In this document: in pieces, positions 43,500 to 57,528 of the stretch | How positions within the stretch are numbered: position 1 is the first letter of the stretch | How the letters are laid out: every line of letters starts with the position of its first letter | From: Eledone cirrhosa | Lineage: Eukaryota | Assembly: GCA_964016885.1 (NCBI GenBank) | Contig: OZ024751.1 | Span: 21,452,001-21,516,000, forward strand | Direction: 5' to 3' | DNA: 64,000 nt | Position numbers and translations under genes: made by a program | Notes under the pieces: generated by a model | What the model was told of the DNA's origin: nothing | Seen by the model: only the letters and a program-made list of their open reading frames with translations | The model's database searches: none

Positions 43500-43982
43500 T
43501 GAAAAGGGAGATACACGCACATACATACACACCCCCGTTATTACCCCTTATGAAACTTAGCTCTGTACTACATCCTATCTTTAAATCACATATATCCATG
43601 TTTGTTTCTATTCATTCTTCCTTTCATTCACATATTACAAATTCCTTCACTCGCTACTTCATTCATTCGTTCGTTCGTGTTTTCTTTTTTGTATTCATTC
43701 ATCTGTCCTCTTAGTTAGTCGTTGTTGCATTTAGCTCAGATTCTGACCAAATTGCCAGGAGTTATTATTGAAGACCTTCCAGTTGTGAGTATCACGTCTT
43801 AATATTAGTCGTAGTGTATCTATGACTACAATATCCACTGTTTCTTTCCTCTTGATTATTATTATTATTTTCTCAGGAAATACGGATATAATTATCAGAA
43901 TATTTACTTGAGCAAATAAATTGATCTGTTCAAGTAGGAAGCCTGGTTGTAGCCAATATCATTATTATTTATATAAGTATGT

Positions 43983-44081
<99 letters not shown>

Positions 44082-44246
44082 TTTTTTCCGTTTATATATA
44101 TATACATATATATATATATTGTGTGTATATATATATTTGTGTGTGTGTGTATGTGTGTGTGTGTGTGTGTGTGTATACATATATTGTATGTATATAGATG
44201 TATCTACAGGGAGAGGGGGGAAAGCGAAAGACACACAGAGAAATAG

Positions 44247-44282
<36 letters not shown>

Positions 44283-44311
44283 ATTCTATCTGTCTATCTA
44301 TATATAAAGAA

Positions 44312-44367
<56 letters not shown>

Positions 44368-44880
44368 GTCATCGAGCCAGAAGACAGATGGTGCCAAGCT
44401 TACAGCCTCTGGTCATAAGCTATTTATTACGACCACACGACAACATTGCTGTACCAATTCCTGAGAGTTACTGAACCGAAAAGATTTCAGGGAGGAATGG
44501 AATTCTAATAGATATCTCTTAGTCTAGATTTAGATTGAATTTGTGACGTCATAACAGATTGATATATTTACACATTGGAATGTTAATGAAAACACATACA
44601 CAAACACTCATACACATACATATACACTAATTAATATGTTTCTGTATACATGCTTACTCCTACAAATCTTGTACCACCCCACCCATACAAACTACGTACA
44701 TATTCGTTTATATATGTATCCACATGTGTGTGTGTGTGTGTGTGTTCATATATTTATGTATATATATATATGTATATATTGGTAAACGGAATAGAAAATG
44801 CTGATAAATTGTTCACAGTTGAAAAATGGTTTAATTAGGAATAAAAGAGTATTAGTGATTGTATGGGTTAGTATTCAGTT

Positions 44881-44988
44881 GTGGTTTTAAGTTTTTAAGA
44901 TTTTACCGGTTGCGCAGTGGTTTTAAGTTTTTAAGTTTTTACCGGTTGCGCAGTGGTTTTAAGTTTTTAAGTTTTTACCGGTTGCGCA
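44881..44988. repeat. 36-bp tandem repeat x3
   Basis: gtggttttaagtttttaagtttttaccggttgcgca repeated head to tail with no spacers. Confidence 0.9.
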
Positions 44989-45168
44989 TTTCTAAATGCT
45001 TTTCAAAAATAATTTTGAGATAGAGTGTCTGTGATGTTTGCTCTGATCTGATTAGTTTTGGGAATTCTACCTGTTTTTATGTTAAAAAAGTGGCTCCAGC
45101 GTTATTTTTGTGTTGCAAAAATTCTTGTGGTCAAAACAATTTTGATTGGTCGATAGGAGGTCATGTGA

Positions 45169-45198
<30 letters not shown>

Positions 45199-45202
<4 letters not shown>

Positions 45203-45400
45203 TTAATATAGATGAGATTCTACAAGACTAGAACTGTTTCATTCATTAGAAATCATCAGGAATCTCCTGATTCCTGATGATTTCTAATGAATGAAACAGT
45301 TCTAGTCCTGTAGAATCTCATCTATATTAAAACTGTTATACTCTGCTATGTATTGAGTACCTTACTTACTGTGGTTACCTCCGATTCAACCCGGAATAAC

Positions 45401-45401
<1 letters not shown>
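45199..45401 (+). mobile_element. Fold-back element family B with complete hammerheads on both strands (45214-45266 -, 45269-45317 +)
   Basis: GATTC CTGATGA T TTC taat GAA T GAA ACAG ttctagtc CTGT A GAATC. Confidence 0.85.
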
Positions 45402-45451
<50 letters not shown>

Positions 45452-45535
45452 GTACGGTCAAGTGGTCGATAAAAAAAGTACCAGTCCAGTACAGGAATCG
45501 TTTCTTCCTCTATATCACTTTCTCGCCCCCCCCCC

Positions 45536-45581
<46 letters not shown>

Positions 45582-45707
45582 GGATAAAATCGACTGGAGA
45601 GAGGGGATAGGCTCCGCCAGATTTAAAGTAGCCAAGACATGTTTTATAACACTACGGCGACAATATGACTCTATCAGGAGTTACGAGTCCATACATACAT
45701 ACATACA

Positions 45708-45739
<32 letters not shown>

Positions 45740-46139
45740 CACATACATACATACAATACAATACAATACAATACAATACATCATATCCTTGCGAGTAGGA
45801 AATAGCGATACACTATATTCTGATCACGTGTTTGACAAATTTTTTTTTTTGGTAAATTTGACTAAGTATATTTACTCTGCACACATGAGTAAACCTTGAG
45901 CACTTTCAATACATTTGAATCTATTTCCCGGTAACGTTGATATAAATAAGTATATGAGTATAAAAGAATGTTAGAGGAAACACTTGCTCGGAGTGAAGGC
46001 AAGTTGTGTTAAGTACCTCATCAAAAGACAACTTGTAGAAGTAGGAAATAAGTAGGAAATAAGCGCATAACATGCGTCCGGGTCTATATCTACGCCTTTT
46101 TCCTAAATATACTGCACATATATACATATATATATATGA

Positions 46140-46215
<76 letters not shown>

Positions 46216-46217
<2 letters not shown>

Positions 46218-46394
46218 CGTTTCTGAATTTGTTTAGCAAGATTCTTTATCTGAAATCGTGTGTTGAAACCGATATTGTTATACTTTGGGAGGGTCATGTT
46301 GCCAATAAGAAACACACGCACCAGTTGCTTTCACTTCAATTTAATTTATTATATATTTATAAATTTACAAATTTATAAATTTCTGGTTGGTTGG

Positions 46395-46447
<53 letters not shown>

Positions 46448-46470
46448 TTGGTTATATATATATTGGTTGG

Positions 46471-46524
<54 letters not shown>

Positions 46525-46597
46525 ATATATACATGCATATACATATATATATATATGTATATATATGTATGTGAGTGCATACTTACACATACACACA

Positions 46598-46656
<59 letters not shown>

Positions 46657-47130
46657 ATGCTTTGGGAGGGTCATGTTGCCAATAAGAAACACACGCACCA
46701 GTTGCTTTCACTTCAATTTATTATAAATTAAATTTATAAATTTAAGAATTTATAAATTTCCGGTTGGTTGGTTGGTTGATTGGTTCCACAACCAGACGAT
46801 TGTAAGCACACAACACACACAAAAACAAGATGGCGTAGGACAGAACAAAGGAGAGGCACAAAAACAAAGAAAAGAATCCCTGTCACTGAAGAGATCATAG
46901 AATGTGTGACGAAAGAACTTTGACAATATATGAACAATCGTCTGGTTGTGGAACCAACCAACTAACCGGAAATTTATAAATTCTTAAATTTATAAATTTA
47001 AATAAATTGAAGTGAAAGCAACTGGTGCGTGTGTTTCTTATTGGCAACATGACCCTCCCAAAGCATAACAATATCGGTTTCAGCACACGTTTTCAGATAA
47101 AGAATCTTGCTAAACAAATTCAGAAACGAA
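46216..47130. mobile_element. Fold-back element family D (partially duplicated arm) with hammerhead in spacer at 46881-46925 (+)
   Basis: Arms 46216-46802 and 46934-47130 are inverted; spacer has TGTCA CTGAAGA GaTCATA gaatg TGTGAC GAA AG aa CT T TGACA. Confidence 0.78.
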
Positions 47131-47279
47131 ATATATATATATATACAAGCATATAATACATAAATGAAACAGGGCGTTGCTGTGTTTGTAAATCCCCTTG
47201 GGCCGATGGAAAGTGCACAATAGGCAACAGTGTTCAAGGTGTGAACCTGGAAATGTAGAATTTAGAAAGTTAAAACCTG

Positions 47280-48095
47280 GTCCGGAAACTTCTAAGGATT
47301 CAAAAGTACATCGTGTGGATCATGTTAAATTTAGTGCTACTGTAGACACTTTGGTTTAACTTGTTATCGACAGTTACACTTATATCTCTGATATTAGTTG
47401 AGATCATTAGGGGGGGGGGGGGCACTTCTCTTGGTGTTTTTTAAGCACATCTTTTTCAGACTGAATAAGCTCAAATGTTTCCTCCAATAGCAGCGTATAT
47501 TTTCTGCCCATTGTATCACAGACTGAAGTTCTATCTAGTCACATACTATGTTAATGATCATTGTATCACAGACTGAAGTTCTGTCAAGTAACATACTCTG
47601 TTAATGATCATTGTATCACAGACTGAAGTTCTGCTAAGTAACATACTCTGTTAATGATCATTGTATCACAGACTGAAGTTCTGTCAAGTAACATACTCTG
47701 TTAATGATCATTGTATCACAGACTGAAGTTCTGCCAAGTAACATACTCTGTTAATGATCATTGTATCACAGACTGAAGTTCTGCCAAGTAACATACTCTG
47801 TTAATGATCATTGTATCACAGACTGAAGTTCTGCCAAGTAACGTACTCTGTTAATGATCATTGTATCACAGACTGAAGTTCTGCCAAGTAACATACTCTG
47901 TTAATGATCATTGTATCACAGACTGAAGTTCTGCCAAGTAACATACTCTGTTAATGATTATTGTATCACAGACTGAAGTTCTGCCAAGTAACATACTCTG
48001 TTAATGATCATTGTATCACAGACTGAAGTTCTGCCAAGTAACATATTCTGATAATGATCTTCGAAAACTTTAAGTAATCCACAATGTTTTTTTTT
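47280..48095 (-). mobile_element. Decayed CR1/L2-like LINE RT fragment hosting the 50-bp satellite
   Basis: Minus strand reads ..LQSVIQWAEN..FELI..TNIRDISVTVDNKLN..ILRSFRTR, resembling the post-YADD region. Confidence 0.6.
47509..48058. repeat. 50-bp tandem repeat x11
   Basis: cattgtatcacagactgaagttctgccaagtaacatactctgttaatgat, head to tail. Confidence 0.97.
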
Positions 48096-48634
48096 ATTAG
48101 TATTTCCCAGTGCTTAATAGCAATACGGATGTTTGTATGAATTATAAAGAGAAGACGTCCAAACACAACGCTTTAGAGGACACCACAAACGTCTGATGTT
48201 GTGTTTGGGTGGACTACCTGATCACAGCGCACTTGGTCTTGTTTAACAAGCAACACTTAATCCACTGCACCATTCGCTTACGAATTCCAATGTTGGAAAG
48301 TTTTTTTTTATTTTTATTTTGTTTTTATTTTCAACATCAGGCTGTGATCGATTCTATCGTTGGCCTTGCTGGAGTCAAGGTATATGATCTTTGTTAGAAC
48401 GTTCCCCAGCACAAATGATTTTAAATGTCACTCAAATGATGTTGAAACTCTGTTTAGCAATGTTATCTGACACATTGAAAGATATATTAGTTTCGTGGGG
48501 ATTTATGCGATTATGACTCCCCAGGCAAAACAAGCAACTTGTATTCGCCCATATATATTTTTTATTCATATAAATACAGCGCTTTTGTTCCGTGTATGTA
48601 TGAACATAAATAAATAATATGAAATATATATATA

Positions 48635-48868
48635 TAGTAATAATAATAAATTTGAAGACTAAAATCCAAAGAGGGCTCGATAAGGATAAATATATATCAA
48701 ATATATAAGAACCGTAGAGCAAATATTTATTAAAATAACAGATTAAAGTTTCAGCAAAGAATCGCTGCTTTCACCCTTAACGGGATCTTCTGTTAGTTTC
48801 AGAAGATCTCGTTAAGAGTGAAAGCAGCGATTCTTTGCTGAAACTTTAATGTGTTATTTTAATAAATA
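48635..48868 (-). mobile_element. Fold-back element family A in (TA)n
   Basis: Inverted arms centred near 48795; tail matches 28260-28352. Confidence 0.8.
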
Positions 48869-49034
48869 TATATATATATATATATATGTATATGCATAAA
48901 TATATATATTTTATATATATGTTTATGCATATATATATATGTTATATATATATATATATATAGTGAAAGAGTGAAGAATAACATGGTCAACAATACAAAA
49001 GGGTTTTATTACAGTATTAACAATTGTTTCATAT

Positions 49035-49065
<31 letters not shown>

Positions 49066-49657
49066 TATCATATTATTTATGTATGTTCATACATACACGG
49101 AACAAAAGCGCTGTATACTGACATTAGTCTCATATAAACTACTTCTGCTTTGTTTGTATATTTATTATTGTTGTTGTTTTAAAAATTAAAAAAAACTATT
49201 GTTTCTAAAGCATTCTTTATTGTGATGGCACTACACGTGAGTAGACCGAAATGTTGGTCATCATCATCATTATCACCATGATCATCATCATCACCACCAT
49301 GATGATGATTGATCATCATCATCACCATCGTCATTATCATCATCGTTGTCGTCGTCATAAACATCGTCATCATCGTCATCATCACCATCATCACCATCAT
49401 CATCGTCATCATCGTCATCATCATCACCGCCATCACCATCATCACCATCATCATCATCATCATCATCATCATGGCCATCACCATCATCATCAAGAACAAC
49501 AACAACAACAACAACACAGTCATAACAGGCTTTTGTTGTGAGAATGCATCAAATGTCGTCCTGAATAGTTTCCAGAACAAAGACAACCGACTTACCGCCA
49601 ACATGTCTATACAACTACACCTAGACAATAAACAAACAACCAACCAAACAAAAATAT

Positions 49658-49850
49658 AATTGTTTCTACTTTAGGCACAAGGCCAGCAATGACACAGTAC
49701 ATTACTGGTACTTTATTTTATCGACCCTGTAAGGATGAAAGGCAAAGTTAACCTCGGCGGGATTTCAACTCAGATCATAATAAAGGGCCGTAACTCTATG
49801 CTGCAAAGCATGGCGTCCGACACTCTACCGATTCTGCCAATCCACCACCC
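49658..49850 (-). mobile_element. Meta-like SINE; further partial copies at 50030-50225, 50393-50495, 52052-52171
   Basis: Consensus match. Confidence 0.85.
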
Positions 49851-50553
49851 TTAATAATAATAAGAGTTTCTCATCTTAGACACAAAGCCAACAATTTTAA
49901 GGAGAGGGCATAATCGAACATGTTCGACCTTCTACCGATACTGCTATCCATCATCCTTAATAATGATAATAATTGTTTCTACTTTAGGCACAATCCTTAA
50001 TAATGATAATAATGATGATAATGATAATTTCTAATTTGGCACAAGGCCAAGTAATAGGAGGGAAAGGGTTAATCGATTATATCGACTCCAATATTAAACT
50101 GGTACTTTATTTTATCGATAAAAGACAAAGTTAACTTTGATGGAATTTGAACTACGAATTCAGACCGTAACTAAGTGCCACGAAGCAGTTTGTCCGACGC
50201 TCTAACGATTCTACCAATCTACCACAACGTTGTTGTTGTTGTGGTTGTTGTGGTTATTGTTGTTGTTGTTGTTGTTGTTGTTGTTAGTAATAAAGAAATC
50301 ATTATTATTATCAATAATATTATTATTATGTCCAACATCAGTGCACAGAACGGAAAGCGACGATGGAGAGAATTATGTCGCATTAATTACTTGCCGAGGT
50401 TGACTTTGCCTTTCATCCTTACGGGGTCGATAAAATAAAAGTACCAGTAATGCACTGGGTAATTGCTGGCCTTGTGCCTAAAGTAGAAACAATTAATTAC
50501 TTAAATTTTCCGCTGTCGTTTGGTATTTATATATATATACATATATATGTATG

Positions 50554-50628
<75 letters not shown>

Positions 50629-50727
50629 ATTACAAAATACGACTAACGTATTTGAGACAAATACGTTAGTCGTATTTTGTGCCACATTGAAACGATCGCT
50701 CACTGAAAGATATAGGTATATTGTGTC

Positions 50728-50758
<31 letters not shown>

Positions 50759-51845
50759 ATCGGTGGTTTCTCAATGTATATCGGGGGGCGACGCAGTTAA
50801 AATGGTACCCTATACGTTAGTCGAGTATAGGCATCTTTAATTTATTATACAAATGACTTCTACAGGACTAGAAATGTTTTTATGTATGTAAATATACATA
50901 CATACATACATACATACATACATACATACATACATACATACATACATACATGTATACATGCATACATACATACATACATACATACATACATACATACATA
51001 CATACATACATACATACATGTATACATGCATACATACATACATACATACATGTATACATACATACATACATACATACATACATACATACATACATACATA
51101 CATACAAGAAGATAGTGCTTATGTATATATCTTTACTCGACAATCGCAAAGGCTTGATTGCGTTTCCTTGAAAAAATAATATAAGTCCCCATACACTGGA
51201 AAACTTAAGGGATCAATCAAGTGATATTTAGAGCGAAGTCCTAAGGAAAAATAAACGGAAACTGAAGTATCAGTTGGCAACCATCTTTGTTGGAAGTGTG
51301 GGCTAGTATGAGTGGTTCGACTATCATGGCTTGCTGGGTGCTGGGTTTATAATTTGATTATAACAGCTGGCAATTGTGTTTAAGTGAGGCTGTAAGTCGC
51401 AATTGTCAAAATACACCTCATACGGCGATAGAAAAATCATTTTTTAGACATTTCCCCGCAATTCCTCAACATAAAAACTATCATATAACAGAACTAACTA
51501 GACTAACAAGCAAATGTCAGGTTAACGCACGCGACTCGCTATTTTTATTTCAGACCCGTTGAAATCCCTCAACGTAATCATATATAACTTCCTTCAACAT
51601 TAATAAAGGTCCCTCCTACTTCCTCACCCCCAACCCCCACTTTCGTCTCTTTTACTTTTCCTCCACCCACACCACAGCCTACCTCATCTCCCTTCCACAT
51701 CACATCTCATATTCAACAACATCATCATAATCATCATCGTCTTCTTCTTCTTCTTTTTCTTCTTCTTCTTCTTCTTCTTCTTCTTCTTCTTCTTCTTCTT
51801 CTTCTTCTTCTTCTTCTTCTTCGCCCCCTTCCTTCTTATCATCAT

Positions 51846-51877
<32 letters not shown>

Positions 51878-52166
51878 TCACAATCATCGTCATAATCATC
51901 ACTATCACCATCATCATCATCATCATCATCATCATCATAATCACCGTCATCACCATCGTCACCATCCTCCTCCTCCTCCGTGTTCAACTCTTCCCCGCCT
52001 CTCCCCTCCCCGTCATCATCATCATCATCATTAATGGACTTAACGTTTTTAGTCTGAGTTCAAATCCCGCCGAGGTTAACTTTGCCTTTCATCCTTACGG
52101 GGTCGATAAAATAAAGTACCAGTAATGTACTGGGATAATTGCTGGCCTTGTGCCTAAAGTAGAAAC

Positions 52167-52241
<75 letters not shown>

Positions 52242-52477
52242 TATACAATATACAATGATATTAAATAAATGGAAACTATATTTATAAAACCATAATTATT
52301 TTATTATATATATTTCAAGGGCAACCAAGGCAGTCTTGGTGCGCTTTCATCAGATTAAATACAAAATTTGTTTTATAAATAGTGACATAGCCATGGAAAA
52401 CAACCTATATATTCAAATAACAGATTAAAGTTTAAGCAAAGAATCGCTGCTATCACCATTAACAGGAAAAAACAAAA

Positions 52478-52581
<104 letters not shown>

Positions 52582-52834
52582 TCAATTCAAAACCTGTTCC
52601 CAAACAGACCTATTGTATTGAATCTTTGTTTTTTTCAATAAACAAATATCATTATTTCTGAAGACAGCATATATATGTGTAGGTATGTATATTCCCTCTG
52701 ATAGTTTGTATAAATATTGTACATAGATCTATAGAATATGCATACCAACTCTAACACATATATATCCTAGAAACGATCGTAAAATGATGAATTTTTTTAA
52801 TATAAGGAACTGTTTCTTTGTTTATTCATTATTT

Positions 52835-52927
<93 letters not shown>

Positions 52928-53174
52928 ACGTTAGGTTATATTGGAGTTTACCAATATATGTCCTGGTAAAGATTATAGAAGCTTAATGCTAATCAGTATC
53001 ATTGGTCAATCAGTAACCCAAAAGGCAGAATAATTTTTCAACCTCTGGAGATTACGTTTTGGACTCTTATGAATTCCAGAATTCCAGAAATAATCAGGAT
53101 CTGATTATATAGAGCGATTGCTGGTCCAGCAAAAATTAGGAATTAGTATTGGTGCTCTAAAATAGCGATGTATA

Positions 53175-53479
53175 CATGAATGTATGTATAGTATATTTGG
53201 CAATATACTTTATGTTTAATTAAAAACATTTTGAAGACCATTCGCTATGAGTTTTAAAGTAGTGACTAATCTATAAGAATCCAGTTTCTATAAGGCAGCG
53301 GAGTGTGTGGTCTTGATAAACGCTAACAAGTGAGAAACAGACTGTCTGTCGATCACTCTCCGTTGTTTTTACCGAGAATAAGTAAGTGATGTAGTCACTA
53401 CTTTAAAACTCGTAGCTAATGGTCTTCAAAATGTTTTTAATGAAACATACAGTATATTGCCAAATATACTATACATACA

Positions 53480-53484
<5 letters not shown>
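53175..53484 (+). mobile_element. Fold-back element family E with hammerhead in spacer at 53295-53366
   Basis: ~94-bp inverted arms; GTGGTC TTGATAA A CGCT aaca AGTG A GAA ACAGAC t GTCTGT C GATCAC; ends in (TA)n. Confidence 0.8.
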
Positions 53485-53548
<64 letters not shown>

Positions 53549-53747
53549 GGAAAAAATGAAACGACATTTCATTTCTCACTCTTAGTACGGCTGTTACTTA
53601 AATATAAGTATGTACACGTACATACATATATGTATACAGACGTACAGTAGTATGTATATATATATATATACATACATGCACACATATATATATATATGTA
53701 CGTATGGATTCACCGAACATTTATTATAATGCTCGGTGTGTTTGTAA

Positions 53748-54156
53748 ACAAACATCCCGAATTAAGCCGTACAGTGTCCAGCAACCATCGTTGCTCATTT
53801 GTTCAACACTGACAAAGGAACGCTGTACTAGTTTCAAGCTTATTAGCTATCGTCAGCAACGTATACCTTTCTGCCAGATGATTGAACGTCTGAAAGTATA
53901 TACTTTCCTTATACATATTAACGGCTGAGCAGCCTAATTTGCAGATCGAGTGAGTTAATCGGCCGGGCGCACCGAAAACGATAAACGGAAAAAATGAAAC
54001 GAAATTTACTTTCAGATGTTCAATCATCTGGCAGGAAGGTATACGTTGCTGACGATAGCTAATAAGCTTGAAACTAGTACAGCGTTCCTTTGTCAGTGTT
54101 GAACAAATGAGCAACGATGGTTGCTAGACACTGTACGGCTTAATTCGGGATGTTTG
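53748..54156 (+). mobile_element. Fold-back element family F with hammerheads in both arms (53820-53862 -, 54043-54085 +)
   Basis: ~150-bp inverted arms; ACGTTG CTGACGA T AGCT aata AGCT T GAA AC ta GT A CAGCGT; ends in (TG)n. Confidence 0.86.
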
Positions 54157-54453
54157 TGTGTGTATGTGTGTGTATATGTTTGTCTGTCTGTCTCTGTGTG
54201 TGTGTGTGTGTGTGTGTGTGTAACATAGTTGTTCTATTGTCGGTGATCAATTTCAACAAAGTCACCTTTCTATTGGAAATTGATAAGTGTTGAATTATTG
54301 GAATTCTCTTTCTGCTCCCCCCCCCCACCCCTCTCTCTCTCTCTCTCTCTCTCTTTCTTTCTCTCTTTCTCTCTCTCTCTCTCTCACTCCCTTTCTCCCT
54401 CTCTCTCTCTTTCTTTCTCTCTTTCTCCCTCTCTCCCTCTCTGTATTTCCCTC

Positions 54454-54552
<99 letters not shown>

Positions 54553-54609
54553 CTTTCTCCCTCTCTCTCTCTTTCTTTCTCTCTTTCTCCCTCTCTCCCT
54601 CTCTGTATT

Positions 54610-54640
<31 letters not shown>

Positions 54641-56125
54641 CCTCTCTCTCTCTCTCTCTTACATACACACACACAGATACACGCACACTATCTCCCACCC
54701 TCACTCCTGTCTATCACCCCTCTCATCTATTAACACTATTTGTGCCCCCACCACCACCTTCCAACTTTCATATCCCCCACCCCACCAAACATTCCAATTA
54801 AGACCCCTGCATTAACGAGAATTAAAACTTCCGTTTCATTCGAATCAATCGACACACATACATAAACATACACATACATACATACACACATACAAACATA
54901 CATAAACATATACATACACATACATACATACACACATACAAACATACATAAACATATACATACACATACATACATACACACATACAAACATACATAAACA
55001 TATACATACACATACATACATACACACATACAAACATACATAAACATATACATACACATACATACATACATATATACATACATACGTACATACATACATA
55101 CATACACACATACATACATACATACATACATACATACATACATACATACATACATACATACATGCATACATACATAGATACACACACAAACATACACTCA
55201 CATACATATATACATATATATATATACACATACATATACATTCATATACATACATGCATACGTACATAAATGCATACACCATACTTACATACATGCACAC
55301 ACACACACTCATTCTCATATATACACACACACACACACTCATACACACACGCACACACACACACACACACTCACACACTCACACACTCACACACTCACAC
55401 ACACGGAATTTCCTAGAACACCTGCAGTTCTCGCCTTCGCTATCCTCAACAACACCATCCCCACCACTACCAACATACCACTACCTCAAACACCGCCATC
55501 GCCCACAACACCACTACCACAACCATTCCCACCACCATCACCACCACTACCTCACACACCGCCATCGCCAACAACACCACTACCACAACCATCATCATCA
55601 CCAGCTCCACCATCATCACCACCGCCATCCCCACCATCATCAGCACCACTACCAACATACCACTACCACTAACACCACCACCACCACCAGCTCCACCAAT
55701 ATCACCACCGCCATCCCCACCATCATCAGCACCACTACCAACATACCACTACCTCAAACACCGCCATCGCCAACACATCACCACTAACACCACCACCACC
55801 ACCACCAATGAACCTTGTGTTAAATCATCATCTCGTTAAAAGCGAGAAACCGGGTGTTTTTGTTTATTAAATATTCTCACAGAAGCTCTTCTATTTACTG
55901 TCCCTTCTCCCTCTTTACAGTCACACCCCACACTCGACGTCTCCCGGGGGCAGGGGGTGGCTGTTTTTACAACCTATTCACCCCTACATCCACTTCTAAA
56001 TATTGCCTTGAACCTGCCGGAAACCTGAAAGTCGATTATAGACATTTGTTGTTATGATTTAAATATATATGTGGGGGGGGGGGTTGTATGTATAAATGTA
56101 TGGACACACACACACACACACACAC

Positions 56126-56160
<35 letters not shown>

Positions 56161-56496
56161 GTATAAAAAATCGAAAAATCAGTGATGCATCTGGACTCAG
56201 TTAATTGCGTGTTACAATTGTTTCGCCGGCAGGTAGCTCGAGACATGATCACTGTATGGATCTGGCTGATTCTACGGCTGCAGGTTCCTTCGGACACAGG
56301 CAATTCTTTCGGAGCAATTTTTTATACTATATACTATTCACACTCTGCTCTGTAAAAATATTGAGTGCTAATTTTGGCTTACCGCCTATGGAAGCACCAT
56401 AGCTACCATTATACACACGTATATATATATATAAATGAAAAGTATAGAAATTATTGTAGCAAGAAGCCAACAGTATTCCATAATATATATATATAT

Positions 56497-56660
56497 GGAA
56501 AATGTTTGACCTCGACGGCAGAGCTCAAGCCGTTTCGACGGCTATTTCTGGACTTTCTTGTCCAGAAATAGCCGGCTTGAACTCTGCCGTGAGGGTCAAA
56601 CATTTTCCTATTACCCACTCTACTACCCTAAGTATTGAGTACTCTGGTGCGCTATGGTCT
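56497..56660 (+). mobile_element. Fold-back element family C2
   Basis: Similar to 43081-43279, with a deletion in the right arm. Confidence 0.75.
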
Positions 56661-56870
56661 ATCTTCGACGCCGGGAAATACAGTAATATATTTTGTTTAT
56701 ATTCTGATTGCTTTTGTATCTGTTATATGTATTACATTATATAATTATTTTGTTTTTCTGTAATATTCTTGTATAAGAGATTTTTTTTAAATCTTACTTC
56801 AATTGAACTTTTACAGAACAACGAAATCGAGATGTTTTTATTTCGATTTATATATGTATCGACAGTCGAT

Positions 56871-57044
56871 CCTCGGACCGAGGAAACAATGTTTCCTTTG
56901 GTCTTTCCAATTACTAATACTCTTTATCGGTCGTAACTCCAGGTAGAAGGAGCAGCGTGAAATAATGTCTTGCTCAAGGACATAACACATCGCCCAGTCC
57001 AACCTCACGATTGTAAATCCAATTCTCTTACCAGTCAGCCACGC
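56871..57044 (-). mobile_element. Second SINE family copy
   Basis: Reverse complement of 38901-39096. Confidence 0.8.
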
Positions 57045-57140
57045 GTATGTGTGTATGTATATCTATAAATATATATATATATATATATATAAATATATAT
57101 AAATATAACCTAAGAGGACTTAGAAATACATTGTTTTATT

Positions 57141-57187
57141 AGGTAACAGTGTTTCATCCATACGCCATGGCAGGAATCATCAGAGCT
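57141..57187 (-). ncRNA. Hammerhead motif with decayed stem I (family J)
   Basis: AGCT CTGATGA T TCC TGCC at GGCG tat GGA T GAA ACA c TGT T ACCT. Confidence 0.55.
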
Positions 57188-57528
57188 TATAAACATAAGT
57201 ATATCAGTAGATGTATGCCCAGACATGCAGATATATTGCCCTTGGTAATATATCTGCATGTCTGGGCATATTGATATATTTGTCAACGAAATATATATAT
57301 ATAATAGAAGAACGATTTGTTAAGCCTTCATTACATTTATTGATTGGTGATGCGCGTTTCGCTATTGATCAGCTCAAGGTTTGATCTGTATCGATCCGGT
57401 CCGACTCTGGAATCAAAAGCTCGTCGGACCTCTGCTGTAATGACAGAATGACAGAATGTATTTCCTACAAATTCTAATACACTCGCGTCTCAAAACTTGT
57501 TATTCGAGTTAATTTGTTTATATATACA

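Noticed and set aside
47509-48058. CRISPR array
   Set aside because: Units are head-to-tail with no unique spacers; eukaryotic context; no cas genes.
53175-54156. DNA-transposon MITEs or pre-miRNAs as the explanation of the inverted repeats
   Set aside because: Arms are asymmetric in several families, junctions vary between copies and hammerhead cores are present; this fits Penelope-type inversion better, though MITE origin is not formally excluded.
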